Program-made: the position numbers and the translations under genes
The notes under the pieces: model-generated
Database searches by the model: none
What the model saw: only the letters and a program-made list of their open reading frames with translations
What the model was told of the DNA's origin: nothing
Shown here: positions 50,202 through 64,000 of the stretch, piece by piece
Numbering within the stretch: the first letter of the stretch is position 1
Layout: every line of letters starts with the position of its first letter
Assembly (NCBI GenBank): GCA_964016885.1
Contig: OZ024740.1
Span: 130,014,001 to 130,078,000, forward strand
DNA: 64,000 bases
From: Eledone cirrhosa
Taxonomy: Eukaryota
Direction of reading: 5' to 3'

Positions 50202-53017
50202 ATCACATATATCATTTCATGAAGAACTTACTTCAACATGAATGGGATAGGCGAGCATCTTTTAGCTTTATATATAAGGTGGATCTGAAATATCTCACAA
50301 CAATCGTCACTGGTTTCAATTATTACGATGCCGTTAGTATCTATAGTCGATAATGTGTATGCTGAAATTTGAAAGATAATGCCCTCAATTGTATTTGATA
50401 AAATAGGTTAAATATTCTTTCAATGAAGATCATCAATTGCCTATTGATATTTCTTATTTATACAGGCAGTTCCCGGAATTCGATTTGATTGTTTCAAACG
50501 AAACAAACGCAAGGTTAGCTCTATGATTGTGATGTGCATGAAATATAATTACACACATTAGATGAAGAATCTTAATCTGAAGTGATTTAATGAAGTGAAC
50601 TATTGAAATTTAATTGTCATTTAAAGAATCTTGCTATAACCCGTATGTGTTGTTGAAAAATATCATGACTTTAATAAATGGATAATAGCATAGCAAACAG
50701 GACATCTATAAACCTATACGCATTGAACTTGTTTCCCTCGAATTTTTACTTTTGTCAATAGTATCTCTGGTCATGGTGGAGTTGGTGATGCCGCCGGTGT
50801 CATTACTGTTGTCGCTGATAAAGTTCCTGTATTGTATAGTTTTATTGTTGTGGGGGTGGTGATTGTAAATATCTTTCCAATACATCTTTTGATCGGTTCA
50901 TGTCTAGTAACGACGTGTATAAATAGGGTGTGTCCTTTGATCTCAGTAATACTATTATCAAATGCTGTCAACAGATTTTAAAATTGTTGAGCTTTTGTAA
51001 ATATGATTGAAAGCGGTGTAAGCCACATCCATCCATGAAAAATATTTGCGAGCGTAGATTTGAGAAAAAAGTCAGCGGTGACGGAAGCGCGTGTAGAATT
51101 TACTAGAAGAAAATAATCATTTGTGAACTATGCAAAATTTTGGAGGAGAGGAAAGTCGATTAAATCGACACCAGAGCTTTATTAATTCATCTCTGTTAAT
51201 CTCGATATAGTATTGATTCCCAAAGAAATGTTTGTAGCATTAATAGGAATTTACTAGGAACAGTGATTGTAAGAAATGCGTTAATAGTTTGATCTTTCTT
51301 GTACTTTGATGTACTTAGATTGACCTGAAAAACAATGACAACCATCAAAATGACTGTTAAACTGTATACTTCCACTCCTTTGAAAAATACTCATACATTC
51401 ACTTAAAATAAATTTACTTCACATCTAGCGTTCGTTTAATCAATTGTAGTAAACTTAAACGCATATTGTACCCGGTGAGAGTTCGATAAATGGTTCATAT
51501 GCTTTTAGGGCATTCATGGGTATGAAATTACATATCAATGGGAAGATACAAAATACTGCATAATATATACATCAATCATCCAATATTGCTGACATGCCAA
51601 GATTCTTACTAAATGTCGGTGCGTAAAATAAACGCAGATAAATTGAGATTTTAAGCAGTTGCGTTCGCAACATTGGTAATTCAGAATCTATCTCACTGCA
51701 TATCATTTGAGGAACGTGCTTTTTCCATCGGCCCTGGTCGAAGTAAACCATGTGCAGAAATTTTGATAGAGGAAAACTGTAGAAACCCGTCGTATACATG
51801 TGTGCATAAAATTCAAAGACCAAACATTTACAAATATGCTACGGTGGGTCGGCTTGAGAAATATGATAACAATTTTATCGTCTGTATTCAAGAGCTGGAA
51901 GTTCAATTCATCAAACGACTGAATAGACAGTGTCGAAAATAATATATGATATTCCATCATCATCAGGGTGTAATCTGGCAACTTATTCACCTTCTAATTT
52001 ATTATAAATTATTTTGTGTCTATTTCGCATTCAACTCATCAGCGGATATCGAAATTATTTAATACTATGTCGAAATTTCCGATTTTGAATGCGGAAACGG
52101 AATTGACATAAATAATTTAAGAAATCCTATGTTTGGCAGGGTATTCATTTTGCCCTTTATCTTCCCATTTATATATTTCATCGACAACGGATAATAATGC
52201 AATAATAATGGAATATCGAAACCTTTCGATATACGCGACGAGTTATTTTACTTTATTACAATCGATAAATATAGTTACTAATGGCAAATATATTGATCAT
52301 TATAGGTGATAAATAATTGCTGTATATAACACTTTTAAGTGCTAAATCTTACTACTATTATTCCTTTAGAAATGCGTACACATTGAAGGTTTCTATCAAA
52401 GACCTGGTTACGTACGCATATGATAACATTTGGAATAAAATCATATACAATGTTGTAGTAGGAAAACCAAATATACTAGTGTCGGTATATTTCTATTACT
52501 TTCCCAGTTTAAACTTGCAATTACATATCATTTATTCGACACTAATATATTTGACAGTATTGAAGGTTTTGTAATCAGCTCCTCCTCAAATATAAATTAT
52601 CTTTATTTTGCAATTCTTTTATTTATAATTCATTCTGTTTGAGTATATAGTTGTTTTCATAAAAGTTTTAAAATTATTGCTTGAGGTAAAGATCACATTA
52701 TTCAATCAAGTACAATTAATTAAATAATTTGATTGAATAAACTGCACTATAAAAGAAACAATTAAATATCCCAATAATAACTAATTAATGTACTTAATGT
52801 ACTCATTAACTTGGTTACATTTAGAGTAATTTATATTATTATATTTCCTTTTACAAATCAACAAAAATCATTGAAAGACGTTTCCTTTCAACATTACTAT
52901 TCATAAAATAATCACACACTGTTAATTTCATCAAACAAAACATAACGAAAAATGCGGATTAGCTTGATACATATGCACATACATATATACATGCATATAT
53001 ACGTTCGCATCTATGTA

Positions 53018-53020
<3 letters not shown>

Positions 53021-53102
<82 letters not shown>

Positions 53103-53103
53103 G

Positions 53104-53175
<72 letters not shown>
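53021..53175. repeat. (CA)n microsatellite with (CG)n interruption
   Basis: Direct reading. Confidence 0.95.
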
Positions 53176-53177
<2 letters not shown>

Positions 53178-54161
53178 ATTTATTTTATATATTTAACTGG
53201 CATACACGAATACACAAATATATATATATATACACATACATATATATATGTATGTGACAGTGTGATAAAAATATATATGTAGAGAGAGAGCGAGTGAGAG
53301 ATAGAGAGAGGTACAGGTGGAGGTGGATGTAAAGAGTGTATATACATTTATTTATTTTAAGGAACACAAATTAGCAAGAACAATGGTTGTTTGATAGTGA
53401 ATGAAATATCCTTTGAGGCGTGTATATTTTGTTTCAGTGCTCATTTAAAACAAAGAAGTCCACACTTGAGTTGCCATAGGATTCCATGATGACAGAGAAG
53501 TGTGCTATACAACACACATATTTCCAAGAGATTACAATTAACGAAGACACAAAATACATTTGTTTTTAAATATTAACGTGGTTTACATTAACGGACAGTG
53601 CATAAAAATAATTGTAATATGTAGAATATATATATTTAAATAGACGTGTAAGTTACACAAGTTATCTTTTCTATGAAACGATTTATTTTTTACCGAAATA
53701 TAAGTTTATCCTATACGTAGGTAAAATAAAGGAAACATAGAAAACTACATAGATGTGCAGGAAGAATAGAAACTATTTGAATTGTAAAATGAAGGAAACA
53801 AATGAACAAATAACCATTGGATTCAATTACGCATTATGCAGGTAAGCATCAGCACGGTTCTAATCAGAACAACTACATATGTTTACGAACATAGAGGTTG
53901 CAGAGGCAAATGTTACAATGATGGTTATATATATATATATATATATATACATATATATAGGTGTGCGTCTGTGTGTATGTGTGTATGTATGGGGTGGGGT
54001 TTATTGAGTGATAAGAAGGATAGATGCAATCATAATATCTTTGTACAAAAGCGAAGGATATGAAGCAATAAGCTCCATAGTTGTGTTACTAGATGTGTTA
54101 CCACATGTACCAAACTCGTCCCATGGATATTACTTTCCAGTGTTCTCTCTCTCTCTCTATT

Positions 54162-54198
<37 letters not shown>

Positions 54199-55344
54199 AT
54201 ATAGGTATATGTATATATATATACATATATATATATCTGTGTGTGTATGTGTGTGTGTGTGTATATAGGTATATGTATATATATATACATATATATATAT
54301 ATATCTGTGTGTGTATGTGTGTGTATGTGTATGTGTGTGTGTGTGCGTGTGCGTATTTTTATACAAGCAGGTCTGTACTCACAAAAAAACGGGCATATGC
54401 AGATTTTAAGATTCCTTAGTTGATGTATCAATACGTAATATCTAGTTACATTTTCGCTACACAATTTCTGGTACACAGATAGCTTTAAACTATAAAACAT
54501 ATTCCAAAACACGTAGTAATTTGAGTTTGCTATCTTCTATTAAATGCCTACGATTCAGAAGTTATTGAGTGAAATCGCCCAAAACATGAATGAAAAAATA
54601 TTGTGCTTCTATTGAAATCGTGGTAACTGTCATTGTCGGCCTGATTCATGCAATTATGTCATTATAGCTTGCATGATATGAGTAAATGACCTTGCGGGAA
54701 TGGTTGGCATATTTTTACCAAGCTTTCTTTTATTTTAAACAATTCAAAGAAAACAACATCCATATATCGAGGAAGAGAATCAAGTTAAAAAGAAAAGGAT
54801 AGTTTTTCCTGTTTATTTACATTCCACATCAACTAGAATTTCACAACTAGAAATTGTTATCGGAAATGTTTAGGTATGCTTCCCAGAATGAATATGAACT
54901 TAATTCGAAACGTTTCTATATAATGTAAACAACAATTGTGTTATTTCATATGTTTTACTGCTTTTAAAAAAAAAAAAGTCTGTTAATTATAATTTTCAAT
55001 AATGAAATCTTTATTTATTAGCGAGCATTGGTTCAAAATTATTGTGATTTCTCGAAGTGTGGTTTGAAGGTATTACACGACACAGACATATACACACATA
55101 CACAACACGCAGAGGTTATAAGAAGTTTGTGTTGGGGGGGGGCGTGTATGTGCGTATGTGTGCGTGGGTGAGTGTGTATGTGTGTGCGTGTGTGAGTTTG
55201 TGTGTACGTGCATGTGTATGTGTGTGTGCGTACGTGAGTGTATGATGGATTCTGGAAGGGACATGCATTATGTTGCCAACCTTATTTGTAAAGTGTTTTT
55301 AATCTAATTCAGGCGCTATATGAGAAAAACTAAATTAAGAAGAT

Positions 55345-55390
55345 AATTGTTTCTACTTTTGGCACAAGGCCAGCAATTACCCAGTGTATT
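55345..55390 (-). mobile_element. SINE 3' fragment
   Basis: AATTGTTTCTACTTTTGGCACAAGGCCAGCAATTACCCAGT; TAAGAAGATAAT recurs on both sides (TSD-like). Confidence 0.8.
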
Positions 55391-55894
55391 AAGAAGATAA
55401 TGACGTCAATAACTTCTACAGTTTGCCGCCGAGTTTATTCAAATTTGAACCAATTGTGCATTGTGTTCCATGTAATATTTTTTATTCATGAAATTTTAGT
55501 TGTTCTCCCTACTGTAGCCCCTAGCAGCGAAAAAAAAACTCAAACGGCCACCTCAATTGCATGGTTTACTGCATGATCTATGCAGGTCTATCGATTTTAT
55601 CCCACTGGCATAGCTTGTGATGCACATATACTTAGTATAAAGGGCGCATTTTATAAGACATGGGTTCTACCAGAAAGAGCGTAATTGGTGAAAAAGAGTC
55701 AGAACGGATCTATTGAAAAAAATCCCCGCCAGCAGTTAGCAACATATATCAACGGGTATTTCAGGTTTACTTTTTTCACCAAAAAAGTAGGGCACAAACT
55801 ACAATCTTTGTTTCCGCTCCATATGCGCAACACACATTAACATTTAATTTTTTTATTTATACATGTTACTACACTTTTGAAGTTTAATTTTTCC

Positions 55895-55927
55895 AATCCC
55901 ACGCAACGCTGGGCACCACTGTGCTAG
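55895..55927 (+). mobile_element. Helitron 3' terminus (5' extent not determined)
   Basis: CCCACGCAACGCTGGGCACCACTGTG-CTAG|T matches the 39945-39973 terminator. Confidence 0.65.
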
Positions 55928-55979
<52 letters not shown>

Positions 55980-56495
55980 GGTCGTTTTGGAAGCTTCAAC
56001 AATACAGATGGGTAAATCTCCGAGTAACAGAATGAGGTGGTAATGAGACAGATGTAAGAGGAAATGTAGAATGATACGTATAGGGTGTAGTGGAACGTAG
56101 GGAGGAGTGGACAACTAATAACACGAGATAGAGTTACCTTGGAAATGATTTACTTGTCCTTATATTTCGGATTTCGCATTCCTCAACTGGGGGTTTTCCG
56201 AGGGGGAAAGTGTTTAGTTGTATATGGACAATACATGGTATCTGTTGGCTATCGTGTGTGTACACCTGACGTAGTCTGTAGGGCACGCGTACGCGTGGAA
56301 TATCTGCGGTCAGACAATGGTCGAGGCAGTTCTTCTGTACTAGAGTAGTGGGATGATGATTTGTCAGTGTGTACGCATCTTCGCTGTCAATTTTCTATAT
56401 TCAGTATTTGATACTGCCAGGAGTCGTGGTGGTATTAGTAGTCTGCCAGATTGTCGTTTGTCGGTCGGTGGATGGTGGACACGATATACACAAAA

Positions 56496-56709
56496 TACTT
56501 AGTGTTGCAAAAATTCTTGTGGTCAAAACAATTTTGATTGGTCGATAGATGTCATGTGAATGTAAAAAATTGATTTTGCGCCAAGACTTTTTATGTTAAA
56601 AAAGTAGCTCCAGCGCTACTTGGTGTTGCAAAAATTCTTGTGGTAAAAACAATTTTGATTGGTCAGTAGAGGTCATGTGAATGTAAAAAATTGATTTTGC
56701 GCCAAGACT
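56496..56709. repeat. Tandem duplication of ~93 bp (period ~121)
   Basis: TACTT.GTGTTGCAAAAATTCTTGTGG…GCGCCAAGACT occurs twice. Confidence 0.9.
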
Positions 56710-56745
56710 GAGAAATTACTCTTTCACAACAAATATGTGTGTGTA

Positions 56746-56804
<59 letters not shown>

Positions 56805-58249
56805 ATGTGTGTGTGGGTGTGTGTGTATGTATGTGCATGTGTGTGCGTGTGTATGTGCGTATGTATGTGTGCACTGTTTATGCGTGGGAGAGAAACAAAA
56901 AAATATTAGCGAGTGGATTATATTTCCGAAATATTACCATGTATCATTTATATGTATTGTTTAATTATTAAAGAGGTTCCTTAATAATTATAGAAATATA
57001 TTTTAATATTCTACTCTCAGTTAATGGGAAATTAATAACAATATCATTTTAATATGTTCTACGACCATTTATTTTAGAGATTACTTAATTTCTTTGAAAT
57101 CTTGTCACTGAACTGCCTTTCTCATAAATTTACATATTGATAAAGGGCCCACTATATAAACATATTATATTATAATTCACAGTAGTGTATTTGTTTTAAG
57201 ATTAGGGATTGAAATTGAAATATCTCTAGTCGGGAATAAATGTCAACAAAAATAAGCATTGCCTTCCATCACATATTTGAGAATCTGGTACATTTGATCT
57301 TCAGTTCACTATTTAGTTGTTCGACATAATTAGGCGGAAGATATATAGGGAAGGAATTCCAGGGTAAGATTTATTGCACAATATATTACTGCAGTATCAG
57401 GTTAGAAAGGACGTGGACTAATGTAGAGTTCAACAGGAGGACAGGAGTATATTAAGTAGTTAACAATATATATATAAAGGACAATTGGCAAGTGTAACTT
57501 CCTTACAAATCTACAAAAGAAACATACATCTGTGATTTATTAGATTTTATATGTCAGCAGCTGAATATGAGACGCAATTTCCGAAAATACCAAAGCTGTG
57601 GCGTATTTTGTGTTGATGTGAATTGTATTTTATATCTTTTCTGCGAATGCATGAAACATACTAATAAAAGCAGCCTACAACTAACTAACTGACGCTCAGG
57701 TAAACAACTTCTATCATACATTTACTTTCGAATAATGCTGCATTGAACTCAGAGAAATGCTCGATAACATTGTTATCATGGTATAGTATGAAAGTAAACA
57801 TTCAACCTCGGTTAGATAGAGAATAATGCATCAACTTCTACTGATTACTATAAGAAAAGTATACATTTGATCTACAATTATGATACAGCAAACGCAGAAT
57901 CTATTTAGTTTAAAAGACTAAATTCAACACAACTGCAGTAGTACAACGTTGAGCAGATGTTCAACATGTCTCAAAATATAGGAGATATGATGACAAACAA
58001 ATTATAAAGAGAGGTCTCATTTCCACGAAATATGTTTCCATTCCCTGGAACATGGTAAATCGGATGCTACCGAGAAAACAATATAGTTTTAAGTGAAGCC
58101 AATGAATCAACTGCTTGGTAGTTTCATAGCTTCAGCTTCAGGAAGGCCGTCTGGAATTGGGAAGAATCTTCAGAATAATATCCTCTATCGGATGTAAGCA
58201 TTAGGTACTGGTCAAACACTTGATTAAGTTGGCTGAATCCCAGCAATGC

Positions 58250-58810
58250 GTAAACGGATTTGCTAAAGCCCATTTTTATCAGCTCATACAGTTTCTCAGA
58301 CACGTTTAGCTTCTTTTCCCAACACGATATTGGTATATGTTTAAGCAACTTACTGCAAAATGCATTCAAAGAGACAATTGGGATAATCGTATTATTATGT
58401 GGTCTTATTACAAATGAAGGCAAAACAAGGTGCCATATTTCCCCATCTAAATCACTTATTAGCTGATGATAGGCTACGAGTTGAAAACAGTAAGGGATTA
58501 TCAGATAATATTGAAAGAATTCCTTAATGTACAAAACCATTTTACTACCAATCAGCACAAAGACAACAATTATCTTATAGAATCAAATGTCGAGTTCCTA
58601 TCATTGTGTACAGATACCAATGTAGGCATTGTTTACATTATGGTTTCAAGTCATAAACATATTGCTCAAAACTCGTGCAAAACTTAAATTCATGCAAGTA
58701 AAATCGCCTCCAAATGTTCCTAAGCACATCAATTTTAACTACTATGTCTCGGTCATATAAAATATATAAAAACAAAATGTTATTTGGTATGCTTTCTCGC
58801 TGAGCACGAA
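58250..58810 (+). pseudogene. Possible ancient LTR-retrotransposon (Gypsy-like RNase H) relic
   Basis: LLQNAFKETIGIIV…HISPSKSL loosely echoes DAS..GIGAVL…IAFASKSL; no intact motif. Confidence 0.2.
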
Positions 58811-60497
58811 GAAGGGGAAGACTCAAACTCTATTTAAACGAGCAGCCTTAACAAATATCGTACAGATATAAACAAATAGAAAATTCCTGCAAATGACAAG
58901 AGTGCTTGGAGATATTAATGTCTTATGCTATCACTAACGATGAAGAAGTGTCTACTCATGTTATATTATGAATTCAATGAAAGAAAAACCGATCGAAAAT
59001 TGACCGCCTTAGTGAATGTTGACAGAAGTCTATAGCCACACTAGGAAGAGAACCATATATAAGTTGTTAAAGTGTAAGATCCTTGCTCATATATTCTGTA
59101 CTAGAGAACAAGAGCCATAATTATATTTGGATCATATTATATAAATACATATGTGTATGTTGGTATGAGGAGTGTTGTGTGTGTGTATGTATGTGCGTGT
59201 GTAAATGTGTGTTTTCATAGCTCAATACTGAAGTCATACATTCAAGTTATTTTATCAATTGGATAGACAGCTTAAATCCTAAGCTCATTCTATATAATTA
59301 TATTAATTGCCACTATTAAAGCAACTATATTGAAACGCATTACTTATAAAGCAAAAGGCATATTATTAAAGCAAACCTCAAGACGTACGCTCACATACAA
59401 CATCACGCAGTTACGTACATGCAGGGAAATCCATATATATATATATATATATACAGAACATATGTAGGTATATGTTTCAAGATGTATCTCCTATTGCATA
59501 AGTAGGAATGTAAATATGTGTATGTGCTTATGTATGATTTTATATCTTCATTTCAAAGTTTAAACCATTTTGCATCCATAATATCACCAACATTCAGGAC
59601 GTATAAGTAGAAATCTGGTGAAAAGGATGAGCAGAACCATCTCTACTTTCATCATTTCATGCAGATATCTACATCATGGCCGTATTACAAAGAAGGTTTA
59701 ACGAAATTTGGCCTCTGGAAATGTTTACTATACATATGATTTATTCATATATTCTATTTAGAGTTCGCAAATTATATATTGAGAAGATCGTTGTATCTTA
59801 ACAGACGACATATCGCATGCAATTATGTGTCATAAATTATTCAACTTCTAAAACGTTAAAAGCATGTCCTGTGTAAAGTGCCTCGATTCCATTATCATAT
59901 ATTACAACTGCTAAAATCCGTCACTTATAAAGACACTTATCCACAAATGCCAGCTAGCATCTTCCAGAAAGCTACAAATTTGTCAAGGGGCTCCTAGGTC
60001 ACAAAAATCCAGGTCCATGGAGCAAACGTTACATAAATAGATGTCATCCTCTCACATGCAAAGTCGTAACAGCCAACTATTTCAAGTGCAGACTCATGCA
60101 AATTTATCCTTAATGCATTGTGTCATTTGCGTGTTCAAGCCCAATAAAACAATATCTCTACCAGCATATGAACCACCCATGACGGTGTATTCACACCCGC
60201 TCTTGAGATTTGCAACTGCAACTCTACTGAGGTCAAATAATTCGTTCATATATAGCAGAAACACGTAATATTAATATGCAGAAAATCTTACATAGCGTAT
60301 TGTTGCCATAAACAAAGCACCATGTTAAAAGTTTCAAATGATTAACATCTCATATCTAGGAATGTCCAGCCTACCAATACTTTAAACATTGAAAAGTTCA
60401 CATGTAATTTGAAATGTTCATTCATTGAAAATTCAATGCATATACAATTATTGCTATCTAAATAATAATATGTGTGTGTGCGTGCGTGTGTACTTGT

Positions 60498-60690
60498 GTC
60501 CCGGGTTTAACCACTTGTAACCACAGTAATTAAGGTACACAATACATTAGTAGAGTTTAAACATCAAATTTAACATAGAAATTGTTTCTACAGGATTAGA
60601 ACTGTTTCATTCGAAACACATCAATAGGGCTTTTCTGATGATTTCTTTTTCATGAACAGTTCTATTAATTTCTATATTTCTATATTAAAT
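60498..60690. mobile_element. Family A HHR mini-element, third and more decayed copy
   Basis: CCCGGGTT…GTAACCACAGTAATTAAGGTACACAATAC…TTCTACAGGATTAGAACTGTTTCATTCG…CTGATGATTTC. Confidence 0.65.
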
Positions 60691-61479
60691 ACATACTTTG
60701 GTTGATCTGTTAGATATAACTTATAGTCTATGGTTGTTAACGTTTGCTATATAATCTCGTACCTGATAATTGAATGATTATATCTTTTAAAATATCTTTT
60801 TCTAAATATGATAATTTGATGTGTTATATATTCTGTTTATTGCATTTCTTTTGTGGTGGTAGATATTGGAATTGCAGCATTAAAAATATTCATTTGACCT
60901 TTTTATACGATAGGATATTTTAGCTTACTGGATCTTTTGTTGAAATAAGAAATATGGACATTAACATTTTAAGTTCAATAAAAATAAATCCACAACGGTT
61001 ATATGCATGATGTTGTTAAAGAGGTGAACATACTATGAAAAGAAAAATACAAATATCCGAAGAACAATTGATCTATTACACACAAACGTGTGAGAATGTA
61101 TGTAAGAATTTACCAAAGGATTGCCTCGTATTTGATAATTAGGTTATTATTGATAGGCAGCTTATGTGAATCGCTTATCGATTCGGTCTGTGCTTAATAG
61201 TTAATATCTAATGAAGATAAGAATTTGATGAAAAAAATATCGACAAAATCATAAGTGTAATGAACAGAAAAAATAGGAAAATTCTAAGCACCGTCTGTAC
61301 TCTATGTTATGGTGTAATTCTCACACTATAAGATCACATTTATTTTTAGAGATCGTCAATTATTTTATGTATTTCGTATATATATATAAATACGTGCACT
61401 CAATAATAAGGATTTATTTATTTATTTATTTATTTGAAGACATGTATGATCATAAAGGAAAAAATATTGTTAATGTTAT

Positions 61480-61950
61480 ACAGATTTTATGGTTTTGATT
61501 TTGTACGGGAGTTAGAAACCTTTGCGTCTCGCTTTTTAATTTAGTGATTCGGAGACAGTTTTGTGAATTTTGCATGTCTAATTCCTCTCTGTTCACCTTT
61601 TTGTGGTTTTGGCCATGGAAGGCTTTTTCTTTTCGTCGTTTTAAAATGGCATTTCGTATGGAGGTCCGTTTTCAATGTATATTATGGGTTTTATGATTTC
61701 TGTTGTTTCTTTGTTTGCATTTTCATCTGATTTCTATTTGTTGGCTTTTTAAAGTCTGAACTTTTTTGTGGTCCTACAGTTATATTAAATCAGTTTGCTT
61801 TGTGACCCATCCTCCTTGTGCTCATGGTAGGTATAATGTGCATATTTCTTTGTGACTGTAGCAGTGTTTCAGTGGCCTTTTTTGCAGATTACAACTTTAA
61901 ATAATCTATTCTGTTTAGTGTCTTATATGATGGTATCATTGCTAAGCACA
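61480..61950 (-). pseudogene. Decayed R4/Dong-like RT C-terminal relic
   Basis: Minus-strand translation KAFHGQ…NCLRITKLKSETQRFLTPVQNQ parallels KPLHS…[22 protein letters not shown] in the 13590 ORF. Confidence 0.45.
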
Positions 61951-62223
61951 ACCGCAGTGATGATAGTGAGTCCCTTTCAAATATATCTCTGATCATGGAG
62001 ATGGGAAGTATTTATACTCCATCCATCATTTCTATCTTCATGACAGCCAGTTACACCTGACAGGCTTGATAAATGCTTTTGTGTTAGGTGCTACTATATT
62101 CATGGCTAGTGTAATCAGTATTCGAGAATCCTGAACGTTGTCAAACACCATTTGGTATTCGATCCATACCATACTGATGATTTTGTGTTTTTTGCAGTTA
62201 CTATTAATATTATTATTATTATT

Positions 62224-64000
62224 GGTCTGTTCGGACGTCTTTTTTGCTCGCTCCCAGAAAAACGCCTTATGTACCTGTTATAATTATTTGTTGTTAATTT
62301 TATCTTGTTGTGTAAGGGATATAAGCCCTTGGAATTTGCCCCTTGAAGGGGAAAATATAATATTTGGGCCTTTTGACCCAAATTTATGAACAATATTTGA
62401 ACATTTTACTTTTAAAATTAAAAAAAAAACTTGCCTGACCCATGCCCTTAGCAATGTGTCTACTGTCGTATGACAACGGCGTAACAGTTGAGAGGAGGGT
62501 TACAGAAATTAATACAACAAACACCACCATAAACAACGTGAACAAAGACAACAACACTGAGAACACTCATTTAAAAAAAAAATACTAGACCATCTACAAC
62601 AATAACAGTGAAAACCAAAATACAGACAACAGAAAAAAATGACAACAAATGCAACAACGATATTAACACCACTAACAAGAAAATAAACAACGATAACACC
62701 AACAGCAACAATACAAATTGCACCGAAAACAACAACAACGGTGAGACCAAAAACACAACCAACTACAACGGTGATAACAGCAACAACACCAACAACACGG
62801 TTTGTAGCAGTAGCAACAGCAATAGCACCAACAACAAGATCGGTAGCAGCAATAGCCGCAGCAATAATGGTACCGCTGAAAAAGGGGCCACTTCATTCGC
62901 AGGTGTGGCCAGAAATGTCGAGACAATGCTAATCAGGGAGGAGGAGATGGCAGTCGCAAGAGCCATAGTGACAAGAACCGTCAATAGAGTTTCAATGAAA
63001 TCTCCACCCGATTTTTTCAAAGACCAGCAGCTGCGTACCGTGACTTACAGCACCCTCAGCAAAATGTCACATAGTGTGGAGAGAGACAGGGTGGCTCAAA
63101 TCCAAAAGACCTTGGGGTGCATCTGCGCGCGCAAAACCCACATCACCCGATGCAAAAGGTCCGCCACAGTAGACGTCGTTTTCGCCACCCCACAAGAGGA
63201 GAAGTCTCACTCTTTGGAAACCCTAAAGAGTGATGAGATATTATTGGTGCCCTCCTACTGCGAGCAGAGAATTGTGAGGGTGAAAGTGACCCAGGTCTCG
63301 ACCGAGATGCCCATACCTTGGCTGGCCACATCTGTACTTGCTGGAATCGAGGAGAAGACCGCCATACTGCAAATACAAAGACGGGGAAGAGAGAACTGGT
63401 CAGGAATAGGCATGCAAATACCAATCCAGACTGACCAGGACTGCATCGAGGCCATCCCAGACATCATAGACCTCGAGGAAGGATTACAACTCCCTATAAG
63501 CATGGAAAGAAGGCGCCCAAAGTGCTATCTCTGTGGGCAGACGGGTCACCACAGGGCCTTCTGCCCGCAGAAGACAGGCGAGAAGAGACAGCCCAGCCCT
63601 TCTTCCAACGCCTGATCCGCTGCTACCAAGAGCAGGGCAAGCAACAGATACAGAAGACCCTTCCATGGTGAGTAGGAGGGCAACGTCCGTAGCATCCATA
63701 CCAAGGCCATGGAAACTAAACAGCGGCAGCTGTGGCGGCAACACCAACAGTCACAGTAGATACATCGGCGGCAAAATCGACGGAGCGGGCTCTACTACCA
63801 CCACCAACAGCAGTGGAGCTCATACCCCTCCCAGACGCGACGGAAACTAACATGGGGTCTGAGGCGGGAGGGAAGTGGCAAAAGGTGTGCCACAAAAAAA
63901 AATGAAAAAAACCTCATCTTCACCCTCCAAAAGCGAAGGCAAACAAAGATGGGTAAAGGCTGCAAGGAGACCTGCAGCAACACCACCACCATCACCACCA
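62224..64000 (+). mobile_element. 5' part of a third L1/Tx1-like LINE (runs off window)
   Basis: Begins after a short (TTA)n. ORF1 homologue at 62608-63615. Confidence 0.85.
62608..63615 (+). pseudogene. LINE ORF1 fragment with CCHC knuckle
   Basis: ARKTHI, LVPSYC, ENWSGIGM and CYLCGQTGHHRAFC are shared with the 18666 ORF. It appears frameshifted at both ends. Confidence 0.8.

Noticed and set aside
50760-51990. Possible host exons (ORFs at 50771 minus and 51673 plus)
   Set aside because: No recognisable protein motif and no convincing splice-site pair.

Overview
AT-rich eukaryotic DNA with abundant (TA)n/(CA)n/(TTA)n microsatellites and no recognisable host gene. The tRNA-head SINE resembles octopod SINEs, so the source is probably a cephalopod (inference from recall). 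The window is a nest of mostly decayed mobile elements. These are five Penelope-like elements (four with Naiad-type motifs, one Neptune-like), a near-intact R4/Dong-type REL retrotransposon ending in (TAA)n, three L1/Tx1-like LINEs each starting at a (TTA)n tract (two in tandem), non-autonomous Helitrons and SINEs with target-site duplications. The signal the ORF track does not show is a dense set of type I hammerhead ribozyme (HHR) motifs from about eight sequence-distinct families, found by eye. Some lie in PLE terminal repeats. Others lie in ORF-less elements: a 440-bp tandem retrozyme-like repeat, and short palindromic elements made of two head-to-head hammerheads inserted in (TA)n. All structures are manual readings, and activity is untested.
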